A stretch of DNA of 64,000 bases, from NCBI RefSeq assembly GCF_021869535.1, contig NW_026262712.1, positions 72,230,001 to 72,294,000 on the forward strand, read 5' to 3'. The stretch is from Mytilus californianus (lineage: Eukaryota). The number at the start of each line of letters is the position of its first letter. Positions within the stretch are counted from its first letter, which is position 1. Shown in pieces: positions 25,197 through 39,204 of this stretch. The translations under genes and the position numbers were made by a program. The notes under the pieces were generated by a model. That model worked only from the letters and a program-made list of their open reading frames with translations. It ran no database searches and was not told the origin of the DNA.

Positions 25197-26669
25197 GTGA
25201 GTAAATATTATGTTTATACCTGCTAGACAATAGCAGTTATAGAGCTTCTGATAAGGTTTGCACAAAAATGGTGACAACTTTGTTATAAAACTATGATAGT
25301 GTTAGCAACATTATTCAATCATCAACGCATTTCCAACTTTGTTTCAGCCGGACAAATATTTCTTTGGATAAAAAAAAAAAACATTTATTGCTTTGTATCG
25401 AAAACAAAAATCTACATAAAAAATAACAAAACAGATTTCGTTTTAGTGTTTATAGCCAGGTGTGATAATTCGTTTGTCAATAAATATGTTGGATTTGTTT
25501 TCGTATTAATGTTGGTTAAAATATTTTGTGATCAATTTAAATCAAACTAAAGACTTTCAAAAATAACCGTAAATTACAGAGAGGTGGAGGAGACAGTTGC
25601 CTCCTGCAACTTTCGGATTAAAAAATATTAATCAAAACAAATTTCTTAAGTCGGACAATATAATAAATATGTATTTTGTGCGCAGTAGCATCAAATACAC
25701 AATCAGAAAGAAGTTTCATAGAGACAAAAATATAAGAGTTCGTTTATACATCTTATATTTCTTCTTATGACTCTATTATTAAAAAAAACTTATATAAATT
25801 TTTCATTAAGCCAATATTTACGCTTAGTTTTGAACGAGAAAATTCACACGGGTACTTGGTTTTGTATGCATATGATGACACTATTATTGATTAATTAGCT
25901 TTACAACAAAAGTAACAGAGCTTTTGACATTGGTTCTGAATGAACAAATCATTAAGTAATGCTTATTGCCATGTGAATTTGTAAAGAAAAGAGCAACTTG
26001 ACGTCTATAATTTACGGAAAAGGTTTAAAGTCATTTCAAAAAGAATTTTCGTATTTTTTGCTAAACTTTGCACATTGGTATAAAGTAGGTTTTTTTTTAA
26101 ATTTCTACCTTTCAAGTCTCTCAGATTAGTTTCTTTTTGTTTTTTTTATAATACGATTTCTAATTGTTTTTGGTGTTCAGACTATAACGCACACTTAAAT
26201 TGTTACAAGACATAATTGAATAAAATATGTGACATTGTTATTTTGTTATATTAATCAAAATTGATTAGAAGTCTTCGAAATCAATACACACTATTTGATA
26301 CTATCTTAAGAGTAATTTGTAGTTCATCAAATATACCATCATGTTCTAAATAAATTGAACAATTTCCCCGACCAAAAGCATATATGTGCCTATGTGTAGG
26401 TGTGTTGGGTGTGGGGTGTTAACATGTTTTGTGAGTACCCAATCTGATTTATATATAGACCGCGTATTAATTAGGTCTTATCTACGGCTATGAAATTAAA
26501 CACTGCATGCAATATTGAAATAGTAACTTGTTTTGTCAATAAGTATCAAAATACATTTCAGTTTTTTCAAATATAGTTTTACTTTTAAATTGAGGCTCAT
26601 CAAAAGTTTTTTTACAACAGAAAATTTATTCGCGTATATTTATAAGAGAAAAGAATTTAGAAAAATATC

Positions 26670-26965
26670 ACATGTTGAGTTTGGTGGACTGATATTTCGA
26701 AGTTGGTAGGTATTCCAATGGATACTTTCTAAGTTTTCACATATCCCGGTAAACTTCTGATCAAGGAATTTACCGAAACAAGAAAGTCTGTTTCATATCT
26801 TGATCTTTTCCTCGATCTTAACAAAGATGACAACATCGACCTAAAATCAATATCAAACGTGATCATTCCAACTTTCACATATCCCAGTGAAATTATAGCT
26901 TCTGACCAAGGAATATACCGAAACTAGAAAGTATGTTTCATATCTTGATCTTTGCCTTGTTCTTT
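26670..26965 (+). mobile_element. Decayed Naiad RT fragment with an internal duplication of about 120 bp
   Basis: EFGGLIF..VGIPM and SYLDL motifs; catatccc...tcatatcttgatct occurs twice. Confidence 0.55.
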
Positions 26966-28052
26966 ATACAGACAATCATGTAAAATCACACAAAACTATT
27001 ACCAATGTTATTTCAAATGATCGGGCGGAGCTTACTTTTTAATTTGCATAAGGACAGTCTATTTGAAGTTGTGTGTGTAAAGAATGACTGCCGTTATAAT
27101 TATTATTTATTTTTAATCACTTATCATTGTCACAAAACGAATTTACAAAAGCATCATTGTATGATATGGGACGAATAGAATAATTTAAAATCAAACGTGG
27201 TTATATGTGTTAAATTTTTTTAGAATATAGCAAAGTGCTCTCGACCAATGAAATTGTAGAATTTGGTGTCTCTTAATTGTGAAGAATGAATGTAAATCAT
27301 ATTCTTAGTAAGGGATTATCCTATTGTGCAGACCTACTTACAATTCATAACGAAGAGTTTTTATAAATGAGTTACAACTGCCCTGAAGCACATTTACTAG
27401 ATTGAAAGGATTTATCACAGTGATTGGATTTGACTAAAAGTTGCATTGTGAAACAAATAAAAAATTAAAATAAGTTAAAGTTTACTGCTGCAGTAAAATT
27501 TGTGCCCATAATGTTATGAAAATAAATAACTTCAATCAATTTACCTAAAAAATAAACAATAGAGAATAATTATTTCCAATATTCCGAAAAAAAAAACCAA
27601 CAGAAATTTGATTTAAGTTTAAAACTTTTAAAGGCATTTTATTAGAACATTTCCCAGACATAATAAAATAGTTTTAAAAAGCCGGACTGAAGTATCGGCT
27701 GAGGAATAAAATTTGTTGTAACTGAAATTTATTTATTGATTGAAACTGTAATTAAAAAAGGATAATTCCTCACTCAAATATAATAAGATTTACATTCATA
27801 CACACAGTCAAGAAACATATACTTTGTACTGCTGTGTCACCTTACATCTTGTCTATAACACATTATTTTTAATATTTCCCAAATTAAAAGAAAGTCCTTA
27901 CATCACTAAAACTAGCCCATAAATGAAATACTGCAAAATGAAGTCATGCATCAATTATAAACATTTAGTTTACACCAACAATGAAACAAATTCTTGAATA
28001 CAACCAATCGAGAGATCATTTGCGCCTTGAGCACTTTACAATATTCTAAGTT

Positions 28053-28141
28053 TGTAAGAGAATGATAATCCCTTACTTCATGATGAGTACTCGCTATCGC
28101 TCGTACTTAACCATGAAGAAAGGGATTATCATTCTCTTACA
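28053..28141. repeat. Palindromic hairpin element
   Basis: tgtaagagaatgataatccctt / aagggattatcattctcttaca. Confidence 0.8.
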
Positions 28142-29455
28142 TATACGAAGTATCGGCTATTGTATCAATCCGATTAAACAAATAACTAATTGTGAGATAA
28201 ATATTAATATTTGTTACATTTAATATACATAAAGAAAAATCTTTAATGAACATTGTTATTGTTGATCAATAAAGGAAATCAATAAAATCAAAGCACCATT
28301 TGCGTGTTATCAAACTGCCCACCAACCTAACAAAAAAAAAATCATTCGGAATAAAAGGAAGAAAAAAAGTATATCAAAACGTTATAGATTACGACATGTG
28401 CATATGTTGCAACTGCCCAATTTCCAAACTGTGGCAATTTTTTTAATTGGATCAATGACCATTACTGGACACTTCATTGATTAGTTTATCCCTAAACACA
28501 CATCTTTAGATGGACTGGTCTATGATATGCAAACCGGTTAAACCCGCCCAGTCAAGTGAAATATATAAAGTAATACCTATTGTGATGAGGAAGAACGACT
28601 TAAATCGACACTACATATATTTTACGGTCACCGTCACTAAATGGTTGACCGATACCATATGTTTGAGTTTTAACTTACTTACGACATGTTTTAGTAATCT
28701 TAAATCTGTTGAGACAAGAAAAGATGTCAAATCTGTAATATAACCGATTGTGTTCTTTTCCCCGATTATGACATTTTGACTGAGCGTGGTTTCGCATTGC
28801 GGGTGAAGCATATAAAATTAAGAAAATGTGCTATGATTTCCAATGAGACAACTATCAAACAGAGACCAAATGACCTCAATAAAAGAAACTATAGTTCACC
28901 GTCCGGTTTTAAAAAAACCCATATCGTATATATAGACTAGTAAGCTATAAAACTAAATAACATGCTTCAAATTTCATACCAGGACATACATAAGTGGTCG
29001 GGTTAAAACATGTCTAATACTCCAGAAATAGTGCATACAGTTGTTTATATAATACATATATAAGGTGTTTTACAATATATCAAAACGAGACCCTTAACGG
29101 TTGCAAGAGCAAGAGTTTTTTTCATATTTTATCAGATAACATTCTTTTTTTGTAAATAATATGTTTTACATTTTAAGAAAAATAAAACAGAAATCTCAAT
29201 AAAAGTTACAGGGTAATAGAAAAACTAAACGTTTTTGCACGATTCATTTATAATGGTGTACAAAACAAAAACCAGAACTTAATTTCAAATATTGTTCTAT
29301 ACATTTTGTTAAAATACATAGTCTTCACATTCGGTTTTTAAATTTATATGCGTACAATTGTATTGGTTTTTCATACCGATGACTTTATTCAAATCATGTA
29401 TTCCTGGATGTCACTTTATATGACTCTTAAACTTCTTCCGATAACTATGTTACAG

Positions 29456-29737
29456 ATTACATTGACAGTAGAATTTTCTGGATTGATGCTAAACTACATA
29501 CCATCATGTCTGCTGATTTAGATGGTTCTCAAACACGTACCGTACTACATAATACTCAACAGATAAATCATTCATTTTCTATGACTGTTTTCGAGGACAA
29601 TATCTTTTGGACAGACAGGTCAGGAGGCGACATTCGTACGGCTAATAAACATACTGGAAAACACTTCAAACGAAAAGTTATAGGTCTAAATTCACCAACG
29701 GGTATCAAAGTGTATCATGAATCTATACAAAGATCTG
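29456..29737 (+). CDS. Exon 12: YWTD repeats (RIFWIDAKLHTI...FEDNIFWTD...PTGIKVYH)
   Basis: Class B motifs, tacag acceptor and gtaagc donor, phase 1/1. Confidence 0.95.
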
Positions 29738-29944
29738 GTAAGCAAATTAGTTTCATGATGCAAGTAAAGTCTAAACGATTCCTTGTAAAATGTATCTTAC
29801 AAATTATCCTTAACAAGCACCTGCTGATATGGATGAAAAATGAAAGACAATTGTCACATTTTCCATTTTACTGAAAAAATACAAACAACATAACTGTTTA
29901 CATATATGAAAATCGACTTAAGGTCAAGGAATACTAGTAGTAAA

Positions 29945-31045
29945 TGGGCTATGTCGCAGATTTTGCTAAAATTTTGTATACAACCTTGGCTCGTTGAACT
30001 ACAACTAAAATGGAAAAATAATGCATTTATCCCCTTTATTATCTAAAATAAGTATAGATTTATTTCTTTCAATGTGGCTGAATATTTGTATAGAAAGCAC
30101 ATAAAATCGGCGAAAACCCATCTTAAATTTGTCTTAAAATTAGCAAATCTCTTATTTCTACTCCATAGAGTTTTCTTCAAAAGCTATATATTGTTGACAC
30201 ATACATTTCTGTTTTAATGATATAACATAATCATAGGGTCACCGACTTCGTTTGTTGTCTAATACTCAATTTGTTTTTTTAGTGATTAGGATTATAACGC
30301 AGTGTTGACTGCTGTATATTTGACATTTTTGCCTGTTGTGTCTGTTTGTTTTGTTCGCACATCGTTGTCAATATAATGGAATTTGATGCGACTGTCATAC
30401 ATGTGAGAGGTTTAGCTAGCTATAAAACCAGATTCATCCACCATTTTCTACATAAGAAAATGCCTGTACCAAGTCAGGAATGTGACAGTTGTTATCCATT
30501 CGTTTGATGTGTTTGAGCTTTTGGTTTTGTCATTTGATTGGGGACTTTCCGTTTTGAATTTGCCTCGGAGTTCAGTATTTTTGTGATTTTACTTTTTTTG
30601 TAACCTTGTTGGTACTGAAAAACGTCAAAAATCAACGTTTTACGTCCTGCAACGCGATGATGTTACGATTATTTTGACGTTTTGTGGGATTTTTTTTTTA
30701 CAAATAACACATCTTTGAATGATGTATACCGTAAAAACGAAGTCGGTGACCCTATCTTTATTTTGCATCATTAAAACGGAAATTTATGTATTTTCAACAT
30801 ATAGTTTTTTTTAAGAAAAATCTATTGAGTAGAAATCAGAGATTTTATGATTTTAAGACAAATTTAAGAAGGTTTTTCGCCGATTTTATGTATTTTCTAT
30901 ACACGTGTTCATCTATTTTGAAAGAATTCAATCAGTAATATTTCAAATGATAAATGAGATACATGCATAATGTTTTCGATTTTCAGTTGTTGTTCATCGA
31001 GCCAGAATTCTTTGCAAAATTTTACTGAAAACTGTCACTTGACCA
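29945..31045. mobile_element. Foldback element with inverted arms of about 310 bp, interrupted by a CCTGTACCAAGTCAGG-type repeat (30270-30600)
   Basis: atagggtcaccgacttcgttt / aaacgaagtcggtgaccctat, with inverted similarity extending outward. Confidence 0.7.
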
Positions 31046-31099
31046 TAATTGGTATAATATACGGACAAAAGGACGCAATGATATAATTTATACGTTTAC

Positions 31100-31665
31100 A
31101 GGTTAATAGAATAAACTCATCATAGATACCAGGATTGAAATTTTGTATCTGCGCCAGACGCGCATTTCGTCTACAAAAGATTCATCGGTGACGTTCGAAA
31201 AAAAAAAGTTTAAAAGGCCAAATAAAGTACGAATATGAAAAGCATTGAGGACCAAAAATTCTTTAAAGTTTTGCCAAACACAGCTAAGGTAAATTATTCC
31301 TGAGGTAGAAAAGCCATAGTCTTTGAAACATTCAAAGTTTTGTAAACAGTAAATTTATAATTATGACCATATCAATGATAGTTCATGTCAACACAAAATT
31401 GCTGACTACTGGGCTGGTGATACCCTCGGGGAATAAAAACTCCACCAGCAGTGGCATCGACCAAGTGGTTGGAAATCAACTCATCAATGATACCAGGTTT
31501 AAAAATTTTGTATTTGCGCCAGACGCGCGTTTTGTCTACAAAAGACTAATCAGTGACGCTCGAATGAAAAAAGGTTAAAAAAAGGTAAAATTAAGTAGGA
31601 AGTTGAAGAGCATTGAGGACTAACAATTCCTAACAGTTTTGCCAAATACAGCTAAGGTAATCTAT
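31100..31665 (-). ncRNA. Retrozyme-like tandem repeat (unit about 365 bp, 1.5 copies) with two type I hammerhead motifs
   Basis: Minus strand reads gcgtca-CYGATKA-gtc ttttgta gac-RAAA-cgcgcg-TC-tggcg at about 31145-31195 and 31510-31562. Both cores carry substitutions. Confidence 0.75.
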
Positions 31666-32364
31666 TTAAATCACTGAAAATACTGGACACCACTTAACCA
31701 CATCAACCTCTTACACCCGACTCCTTCGAAAACACGGGCATACAAACAAAAACAAAAAGCAACGATCAATAAATGTTCTAGATAACCAGACAATTTCTTA
31801 CTAGATGTTAATCCAGAAACGTGCGCACAAATTTCCCTTTTACCTTTCTAGACCATTTTTCGTAAAAATTATACCCACAATAGAATCATGCACCGTGCAA
31901 GTATCAAATAATTTATCACTCACTCGAAGAAGGTTGCAAAAAATTGCACATTATTTGAAAAGCAGGGATTCAATGCGTTCGCTACTAAAGGAAGCAAGCT
32001 AAGGAAGCTTTATTTGATTTATTCGTTTTAGATATTTGGATACGCACGCTAAAAAAAACAGAAAGATCATAATTAGGATTCATAACTGGTTACATAGTTG
32101 TCCTTTTCATCAAAATGCTTGAATCAGATTGTATTATGAAGGTAAAGTACAACATGGCGAGTGTGATTTTTCAAGATTTCTTTATTTAGAAATATTTTAA
32201 TTTTATTTTTGTACACCAGCTCTTAATCAACATCAATCTATAGGCCCTTGCGTTCAATGTAGGTTGCCTAAACTATGCACTATATTGATGTTGAAGATGC
32301 AAATCCCTTTTAGGTTTTGAATTTCAATGATTAAATTTGAAACTGTGAAATTTTTCAATTAAAG

Positions 32365-32520
32365 GACACAATGTATGTAATGATACTGAGGTAGGCTGTG
32401 AATACTTGTGTTTACCGAAACCTCGAGTAAAATCAGACGATCCAATTATACCTTCGTATACATGTGTTTGTCCAGATAACAAGAAGATATCACACAACGG
32501 TCACACGTGTATTCCTAAAG
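32365..32520 (+). CDS. Exon 13: EGF-like C (VCNDTEVGCEYLCLPKP...SYTCVCPDN...HTC)
   Basis: Post-propeller EGF pattern CxxLCLP...YTCxCP with gtaaga donor. Confidence 0.92.
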
Positions 32521-32972
32521 GTAAGAATATTTTGATATTGTTACTTTTTTAAAAAATGCAGTTTTCTCAATAATACAGTTTGCACTTGTTATATAGTATA
32601 TTTATTTATATGGATTAATTGTTTGAAATACGATTGAAATGTTTGGCGTTCAAAAAAGACCAAGTAGCAAACGACGAAAAACAATACAATTAACAAAAGA
32701 AAATGACGAATAGACAATTAACAGTAGCAAATTAGAAAAACTTAAGATCGAGCAATAATTAATACCAACCCCATCGACCCCGAATTCGAGGTTAACTTAC
32801 AATCCCCCGCGAAACATGTATATTTGTTTGTTTATATCTTCATTCTTTGTGTCCGATGAAATTGCAATACTGAAGTATATCAGCCAAATTATTTCATTAT
32901 GTTTTTAAAATCCATGCCCTAATGTTAGTTGATCCGTTTGAATAAAGAATCATGTATATCTGTAAGTTTCAG

Positions 32973-33116
32973 ATATGAATACAGATTATCCGCCAACTGT
33001 AATGAGGACAATGACAACACCAGAGAGAACTGTAACCGGTGACATAAACATAGTAACTACACAATCATCGGCTGAATCCCAACCAACATCCATGAAGACA
33101 CTTAGATCTGATGAAA
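32973..33116 (+). CDS. Exon 14: Thr/Ser/Pro-rich linker resembling the LDLR O-linked sugar region
   Basis: Open 144-nt frame after a tttcag acceptor, phase 1/1. The donor (gtagaa) is weak. Confidence 0.65.
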
Positions 33117-34160
33117 GTAGAATATTATTATAATATAAAGTTATTTTTTTTGTGTTAAAAGAACAAAAGGGGGAATTTTAGTTTATGTAAATGAACTCGA
33201 GAGAACAATCACACATCATATACGAATCGATGTCAACATAATTTCTTATGGTTGATTGCACAAAAATCTAGACAAGTTATGAATAAATCTATTGCTATAT
33301 CCAAGGATCTTCCATCAACACTGTATTCTTCAAAATTAAACAACGTTCAGACTTATTTTTATACGAAAATCAAGAAGTATTATAAATCTATCAATATAAA
33401 ATGTATATCGTTATTCTTCAATAATCAGTGGGATTTCTGTATTTATAATCTGTGTTGTACGATAAATGAGATATCTGATAATCTTGATAAGATATCTTAT
33501 AAGATATCTTATAAACTTTAGAATATAAAGGATATAAACTCTTTTAATAAAACAGAATTGCAAAAACTTCCAAAATATTCATATCTTTGAGGTCTCGGCA
33601 TTTTATATAAGTGTGAGTATGGACCTTACCAAAAATATCCTTTGCTTTAAATTGTCTTGTACAAAGATGACGATTTAAGGAAAATTTTTCTTTTGTTTAT
33701 GCCATCTCTCATGCCTATCTTTCTTAAATACAATGGTGAAAATTGACATATTTGGCCAAATATATCTGTTTCGTTTTATTTAGGACATCACAAGTTCTCT
33801 TCTAAAGTGCTCAGATTATGTCTTGCTATGCAAAAATCAATTAATCAATGAAACTAACATCAGTTTAAACGGCTTGATATTGCAATTACAGGGACCGAAT
33901 TAGTTTTCTTAGCATTCTGCCTTCCATTCTTGAACAAATACATGTTTGTTTTCTGTTACCAACATCATAGTTTCATAATTATAATAACCATTACAACTAA
34001 ATATATATCCTTAAATACTGACTCTTGAATTCACATGCCTTAATTAATCTCGCAAACGTGGAACCGCTGAAATTACTTTTTCATTTTAAATTCGATAAAG
34101 TTTACGTTTCAATCACGACTATCTGGTAACAATCATATTTATATATATATATATATTTAG

Positions 34161-34280
34161 AACTCACGATCAAATCAACATGCGAAAATACATATGAGTG
34201 CAGTGGGAAACTTTTATGCATAGATGGTATTTGTCAGTGTTATGAACAGTTTGTTTGGAATAGAACTAATTGCGTCAAAA
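34161..34280 (+). CDS. Exon 15: EB-like Cys-rich repeat (CENTYECSGKLLCIDGICQCYEQFVWNRTNC)
   Basis: C-x5-C-x5-C-x4-CxC-x5-W-x4-C spacing, AG/GT boundaries, phase 1/1. Confidence 0.85.
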
Positions 34281-35203
34281 GTAAGATTTATTTTATACAC
34301 TAGTGAAATAGATAATGGGACCAGCAACAATATACTATTTTCCATATATATATGTTTTTTTTTATAATAGAATGTGATTGTTATTGGTTGTTTTATGTCA
34401 TCTCATACAAGTAATGTTTTGTTATTTGGAATGTTCAGTCTACTTCAAGTAATAATATTAAGAAAATGTCTTGTGTTTTTTTTTATATATGTGTATTTGT
34501 AAGCAAGAAAACACAGCAAGCCAATATTTCAAACAACTTTTGAACATTTTCATCTTGTACAAATGCGTGAATTTCCACCACACAGAAGTCTTTGACATTT
34601 GCGCATCTTGTCGCATGGTTCACATGAGCCAATCTCCATATAGGGGGAAAAGCTACTTGAAACATAAATGAGAAAATAAGTAAGAAAGTGAATAGCTGCC
34701 TTAGTGTTGTTTTGTTCTTATCCATTTTTCTCCAAACAAGTAAAACGTATTGCTAACAGAAAAGTTACCCTGATGAAAAGGAAGAGAAACAATATTCTCG
34801 CTAGGATATAGCATATTGCCTTTATACTGGGATGAATCTATCATTTTGGATGTTCCTAACCATTAAAAAAATCGGTATGTTACTTGTCATCCGTCAATCC
34901 TTGTTGCCAGATTATTGAACAGTTTATCCTATGTACAACTATGAAACTTTGTTTTTAAACTAAAATAATTTCCCAGATAGCAAGAATATGAAATAAGCTC
35001 GACCCTTAAACCGCACATGATCCCTTCCCTTTATCACGACCCCAGAACCATAAATCATGGATCCACGTCTGATAAAAAGAAGTCATTCTCAATTTAATAT
35101 GGTAGTTTTATTGTTGATTGTTCCACATATGTAGTCAGTTTTGCTAATTCTGATTTCTTTCAAGTTTTGCCTATCAAAGCTTCAGTATTTATATTTCATC
35201 CAG

Positions 35204-35323
35204 AGAAAGAAATGAGCAAAGTTTGTACAGATTCAGTAGAATGTCAAGACAATTTAGACTGTATAAATAGCAGATGCAGTTGCAAACGCTCAACATATTG
35301 GAATGGTATAAGCTGTGCCCGAA
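35204..35323 (+). CDS. Exon 16: second EB-like repeat (CTDSVECQDNLDCINSRCSCKRSTYWNGISC)
   Basis: Same Cys/Trp spacing and same 120-nt length as exon 15. Confidence 0.88.
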
Positions 35324-35743
35324 GTATGTTTTCATTGGTACTTTTATTAATAGTTTTTTTTGAAATAGTTATTTATATAAAAAAGAGTCTGAGTGAACTT
35401 ATGTATTTGATGTATGGTGAATATCTTATGCAAAGCTGGAGACGGTTACCCTGTCAAATCACACAGTCTCGCTCTATTTAGAGTTCGTGTGTTTTCCCGC
35501 TGGTATTTCCTTTGGTTTGTATATTTTTTGAAAACGAATAACTGGCGCTATAACGGAATAACGAGTTTTAAGTATCGGTTAACATATGTTGCTACTTATT
35601 TGAACAAGTTTAGAATTGGAGCAATTTAAAATGTTCAACACAATTATCACACACGCATATACATACATTTATAACTTTTAAAACATTTTTGTTTAATACC
35701 CAGCCATTTTGTACTTACAATATATCTATGAAACTTTTTGTAG

Positions 35744-35871
35744 AATTCCCTTCTGAATGTGAGGATATCTCTAGTGATAAGGATGGTGTATATTTGGTCT
35801 ATCCTAAAGGCAAAATGACGTATCGTAAAATATTAGTTTACTGCATCACGAGCGGAAACAAGAAATGGACA
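35744..35871 (+). CDS. Exon 17: FReD start (PSECEDISSDKDGVYLVYP...VYCITSGNKKWT)
   Basis: Matches the fibrinogen-C P.DC...SGVY.I...VYCDM...GWT pattern, phase 1/0. Confidence 0.9.
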
Positions 35872-36428
35872 GTAAGTATGAAAATAAAACAAATAACCTT
35901 ATTCAATATCATGAATATGGCAGCATGTTTTCAGAAAATAGGATTTGTTTTCTTTCGAACAATGTTTTATATGTCCGTACACTTTCATGAAATTCGTACA
36001 TTGTAATTGAGTTAAAAAAAATGTTTGCAATCAAAAACTATTAATCAAGTCACAGAACATTGAAGCTTTATCTTAAAACATTCAGAATCTATAAAGATAA
36101 AAGTTGAAAAATGAAAAATCACAAATGATTATTTTGTTCAATATCAACGATGTAGCAAAGTTTAGTATCCTTAAAGGACCTAAAACATTGTAGGCTGTGT
36201 TTTTTTTTGTTATTCTTTCCCTCAAATTAAAAATAGATTAAAAAATAATAATCGAAATACTAACACCCTCAATAATTTAAAAAGTGGACAGGTTGATGAG
36301 ACCTTATAAATAAAACTTTTAACCGTTTCCAATTAGGGTTACACTCATTTTTGTTTTTTTTGTGTGTTTTTTGGTATGTTTAATTTGAGCACACATATAT
36401 TTACCTTTTATTTTTTCTTTGCATACAG

Positions 36429-36525
36429 GTAATACAGAAGAGAACTGATGAATCTGTGGACTTTTACAGAACATGGTCGGAATATTCAAACGGATTTGGA
36501 AGAGTTGATAGAGACCATTGGCTAG
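36429..36525 (+). CDS. Exon 18: FReD (VIQKRTDESVDFYRTWSEYSNGFGRVDRDHWLG)
   Basis: Classic VIQRR.DGS.DF.R.W.EY..GFG....WLG motif. Confidence 0.93.
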
Positions 36526-37379
36526 GTCATTACTTTTTCATTAAGAGTTTAAAAAATACGGCAACGTAAACTTCTTCGAGTGAAGATATATATACTATGG
36601 TGTCATGATGACGTGGGCTAGGCCTGATTTAGCTCATGGTAAGATTAATCATGTGCAACCAACAGTTTTACCCGAAAAGACATGTCTTCCAAATCAAAAG
36701 GAGAAGGACTAATTTGGCCATAACATGAAATGTATTTCAAACTGACTCTAATTTCAAGAATCAAATGTTGAATATAAAAGCTAAATGAAACAAATACTGT
36801 TCTAGTTTACAATACAATACACCCTTTAATGCGCTACACAGACACAAAGAATAAATAGAAATCTTCGCGAAATCGGGACTTTTTTGTCTTGCATTTGATT
36901 AAAAATAGCATAGTGCACATCAGTTGCCCAAAAGTTATTTACACCTTTAGTTGTTTATTGTACTTATCAATCCACTGACAACCCCCCCAACCCCCCCCCC
37001 CCCCCCCCAAAAAAAATAAATATTTGACCGCCGCTTGTGACTTATTTTTATTTAAGCCGAAATGTTCCAGCAATCAGCCTATTTTGCTAAAAATCTTTAA
37101 ATTCTCCAAATGACGTCATAGTCAATTTCTGTAACCAAGGCTTGCTTTATATTCATATTTTAGAATGTCTTCCTTCTCAAATTAATAAAAAATTATCGGA
37201 TTGGTTATGACTGTTGTTCATATCTAGATATAAGAAGATCCTTATTTTTGCAGCTTCTGCATATCAACCTTAATTCCAAAAAGTAAAATCACAAAAATCA
37301 AAAATACTGAACTCCAAGCGTGAAAAACCCCTTGGAAAATTAACATAAAATTGTATAGATGCAAAAATATAATAAACAA

Positions 37380-38232
37380 GTCTAAGTTGAAAACAACGTT
37401 CAAGCCTACATTAGAAAAATACGTGTGCATGTAAAACAAATTTCTTGGTAGAGGGGTCTAAATACAGCACACACAACATTTTCTAAAAGACAAAAAAAGT
37501 GAAAAAGTATATTTTCACAACACGCATTTGACTAAAAGGTCAAACAAATAATGTTCTTAAACCCTGCTGACTGCTATGGCGATTGCCAAATAAACGTATC
37601 ACTAGATGTAACAAAATGGATCTCAATTATGAATTAAATACCAAAAAGAAAACAATAAACTTGCAGAAAAGATGGTATACCGCAAACATGAGGTGCACAA
37701 ATTTGTACACCATATCCGGATTTCGACAATCAATGTCTCTTCAGTTATGTTAGGAATCGAAACGGTATTTAGAAGACCATAATATTTACCTCAATTTAGG
37801 ATAGACTCTTGACTTTTGAAGGGTCGAAATAGAATAAACAGATCATATGAACTAAAAGGAAAATATAATAACAAGTCTTATTTGAAAACAACTTTCAAAC
37901 CAATGATTTCATTGGATAAAAACCGCAAATTTATATTTGTGCATGCAAAACAAATTTCTTGATAGAGGAGTCTAAATACAGCACACACAACATTTTCTAA
38001 AAGACAAAAAAAAAGTGAAAAAGTATATTTTAACAAAACGCATTTGACTAACAGGTCGAACAACTGATGTTCTTAAACCCTGCTGACGACCATGGCGATA
38101 GCCAAATAAACGTATCACCAGATGTAACAAAATGGATCTTAATTATGAATTTAATACCAAACAGAAAACAATAAATTTGCGGAAAAGATGGTGTACTGCA
38201 AACATGACGTGCACAAATTTGTACACCATATC
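37380..38232. repeat. Two tandem copies of a repeat of about 340 bp; third copy at 54126-54452 abuts (TA)n
   Basis: gcatgcaaaacaaatttcttggtagaggggtctaaatacagc… is shared by all three. Confidence 0.8.
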
Positions 38233-38392
38233 ATATTTACCTATATGTGGTTGTGATTATCAGAATAAATATAAATATTATTTGATAAATTAATATTTTT
38301 GTTAGCTCTTTTTCGAATGCAAGGGACTGAAAAGTTCATATAAGTATTTCACATAGTGGTGTACTAATTTTCCTTTTTTCAAATTATTTCAG

Positions 38393-38557
38393 GAAACGAG
38401 AATATTTACCGTTTATCCCAAGATGGCACACATGAACTAAGCATTGTCTTAGTAGATTGGGAAGGAAATCTAATGGAAGCTAATTATTCTCAATTTTCAG
38501 TAAATAGTGAAGAAGACAACTACTCACTCAGTGTGTCAGGATACTCGGGAAACGCAG
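38393..38557 (+). CDS. Exon 19: FReD (NENIYRLSQDGTHELSIVLVDWEG...ANYSQFSVNSEEDNYSLSVSGYSGNAG)
   Basis: Fibrinogen-C motifs, phase 1/1. Confidence 0.93.
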
Positions 38558-38894
38558 GTTTGGGGTCTTTAAAAAAATAAATTGCCAGTATTAATAATAG
38601 GCCAGCAAGAATCATTTTACTTTACAATTGAACAAGTGAGTGTATCACACCTGAAATCCATAATGTTAAGAATGTTAGAAATTTCTCCAGTTTAAATATA
38701 TCAAGTATTAGTGTTATAGTCCCATAAACGGCATTACAAGGGGTGTAGGTGAAATACTGTTTAAATTGTATTACGACCAACACCTCATTCACAGATATGA
38801 ATCTTTAGGGAACTATTATAAAGTTTGTGGTATCTGGCCATGTTCAATTAACTTTTGTGTACATGAAAGGTAACATTCATCAAAAAAGCCAGAT

Positions 38895-39185
38895 CATTTA
38901 ATTTCACATTCAAATATATTGATGATGTTATTTCCATTAACAATCCAATCTTTTCTGATTGGGTTCCGTTAAAATATACTTCAGAATCAGAAATTAAAGA
39001 AACAACAGACACGGCTTCATCTGGCTCATTGTTAGACTTATACCTTGTTATGACATAAACGGTCATCTAAGTACCAAAATCTATGACAAACGAGATGATT
39101 TTAATTTTGAAATTATCAATTTGCCCAACCTTAGTAGCATTATACTTTTTTCAACTGCATATGACAAACATTTCCCAACTCATAT
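38895..39185 (+). mobile_element. Naiad RT fragment
   Basis: FNFTFKYIDDVISINNP...KIYDKRDDFNFEIIN. Confidence 0.8.
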
Positions 39186-39204
39186 ATAATATCTTGGGAT
39201 GAAT

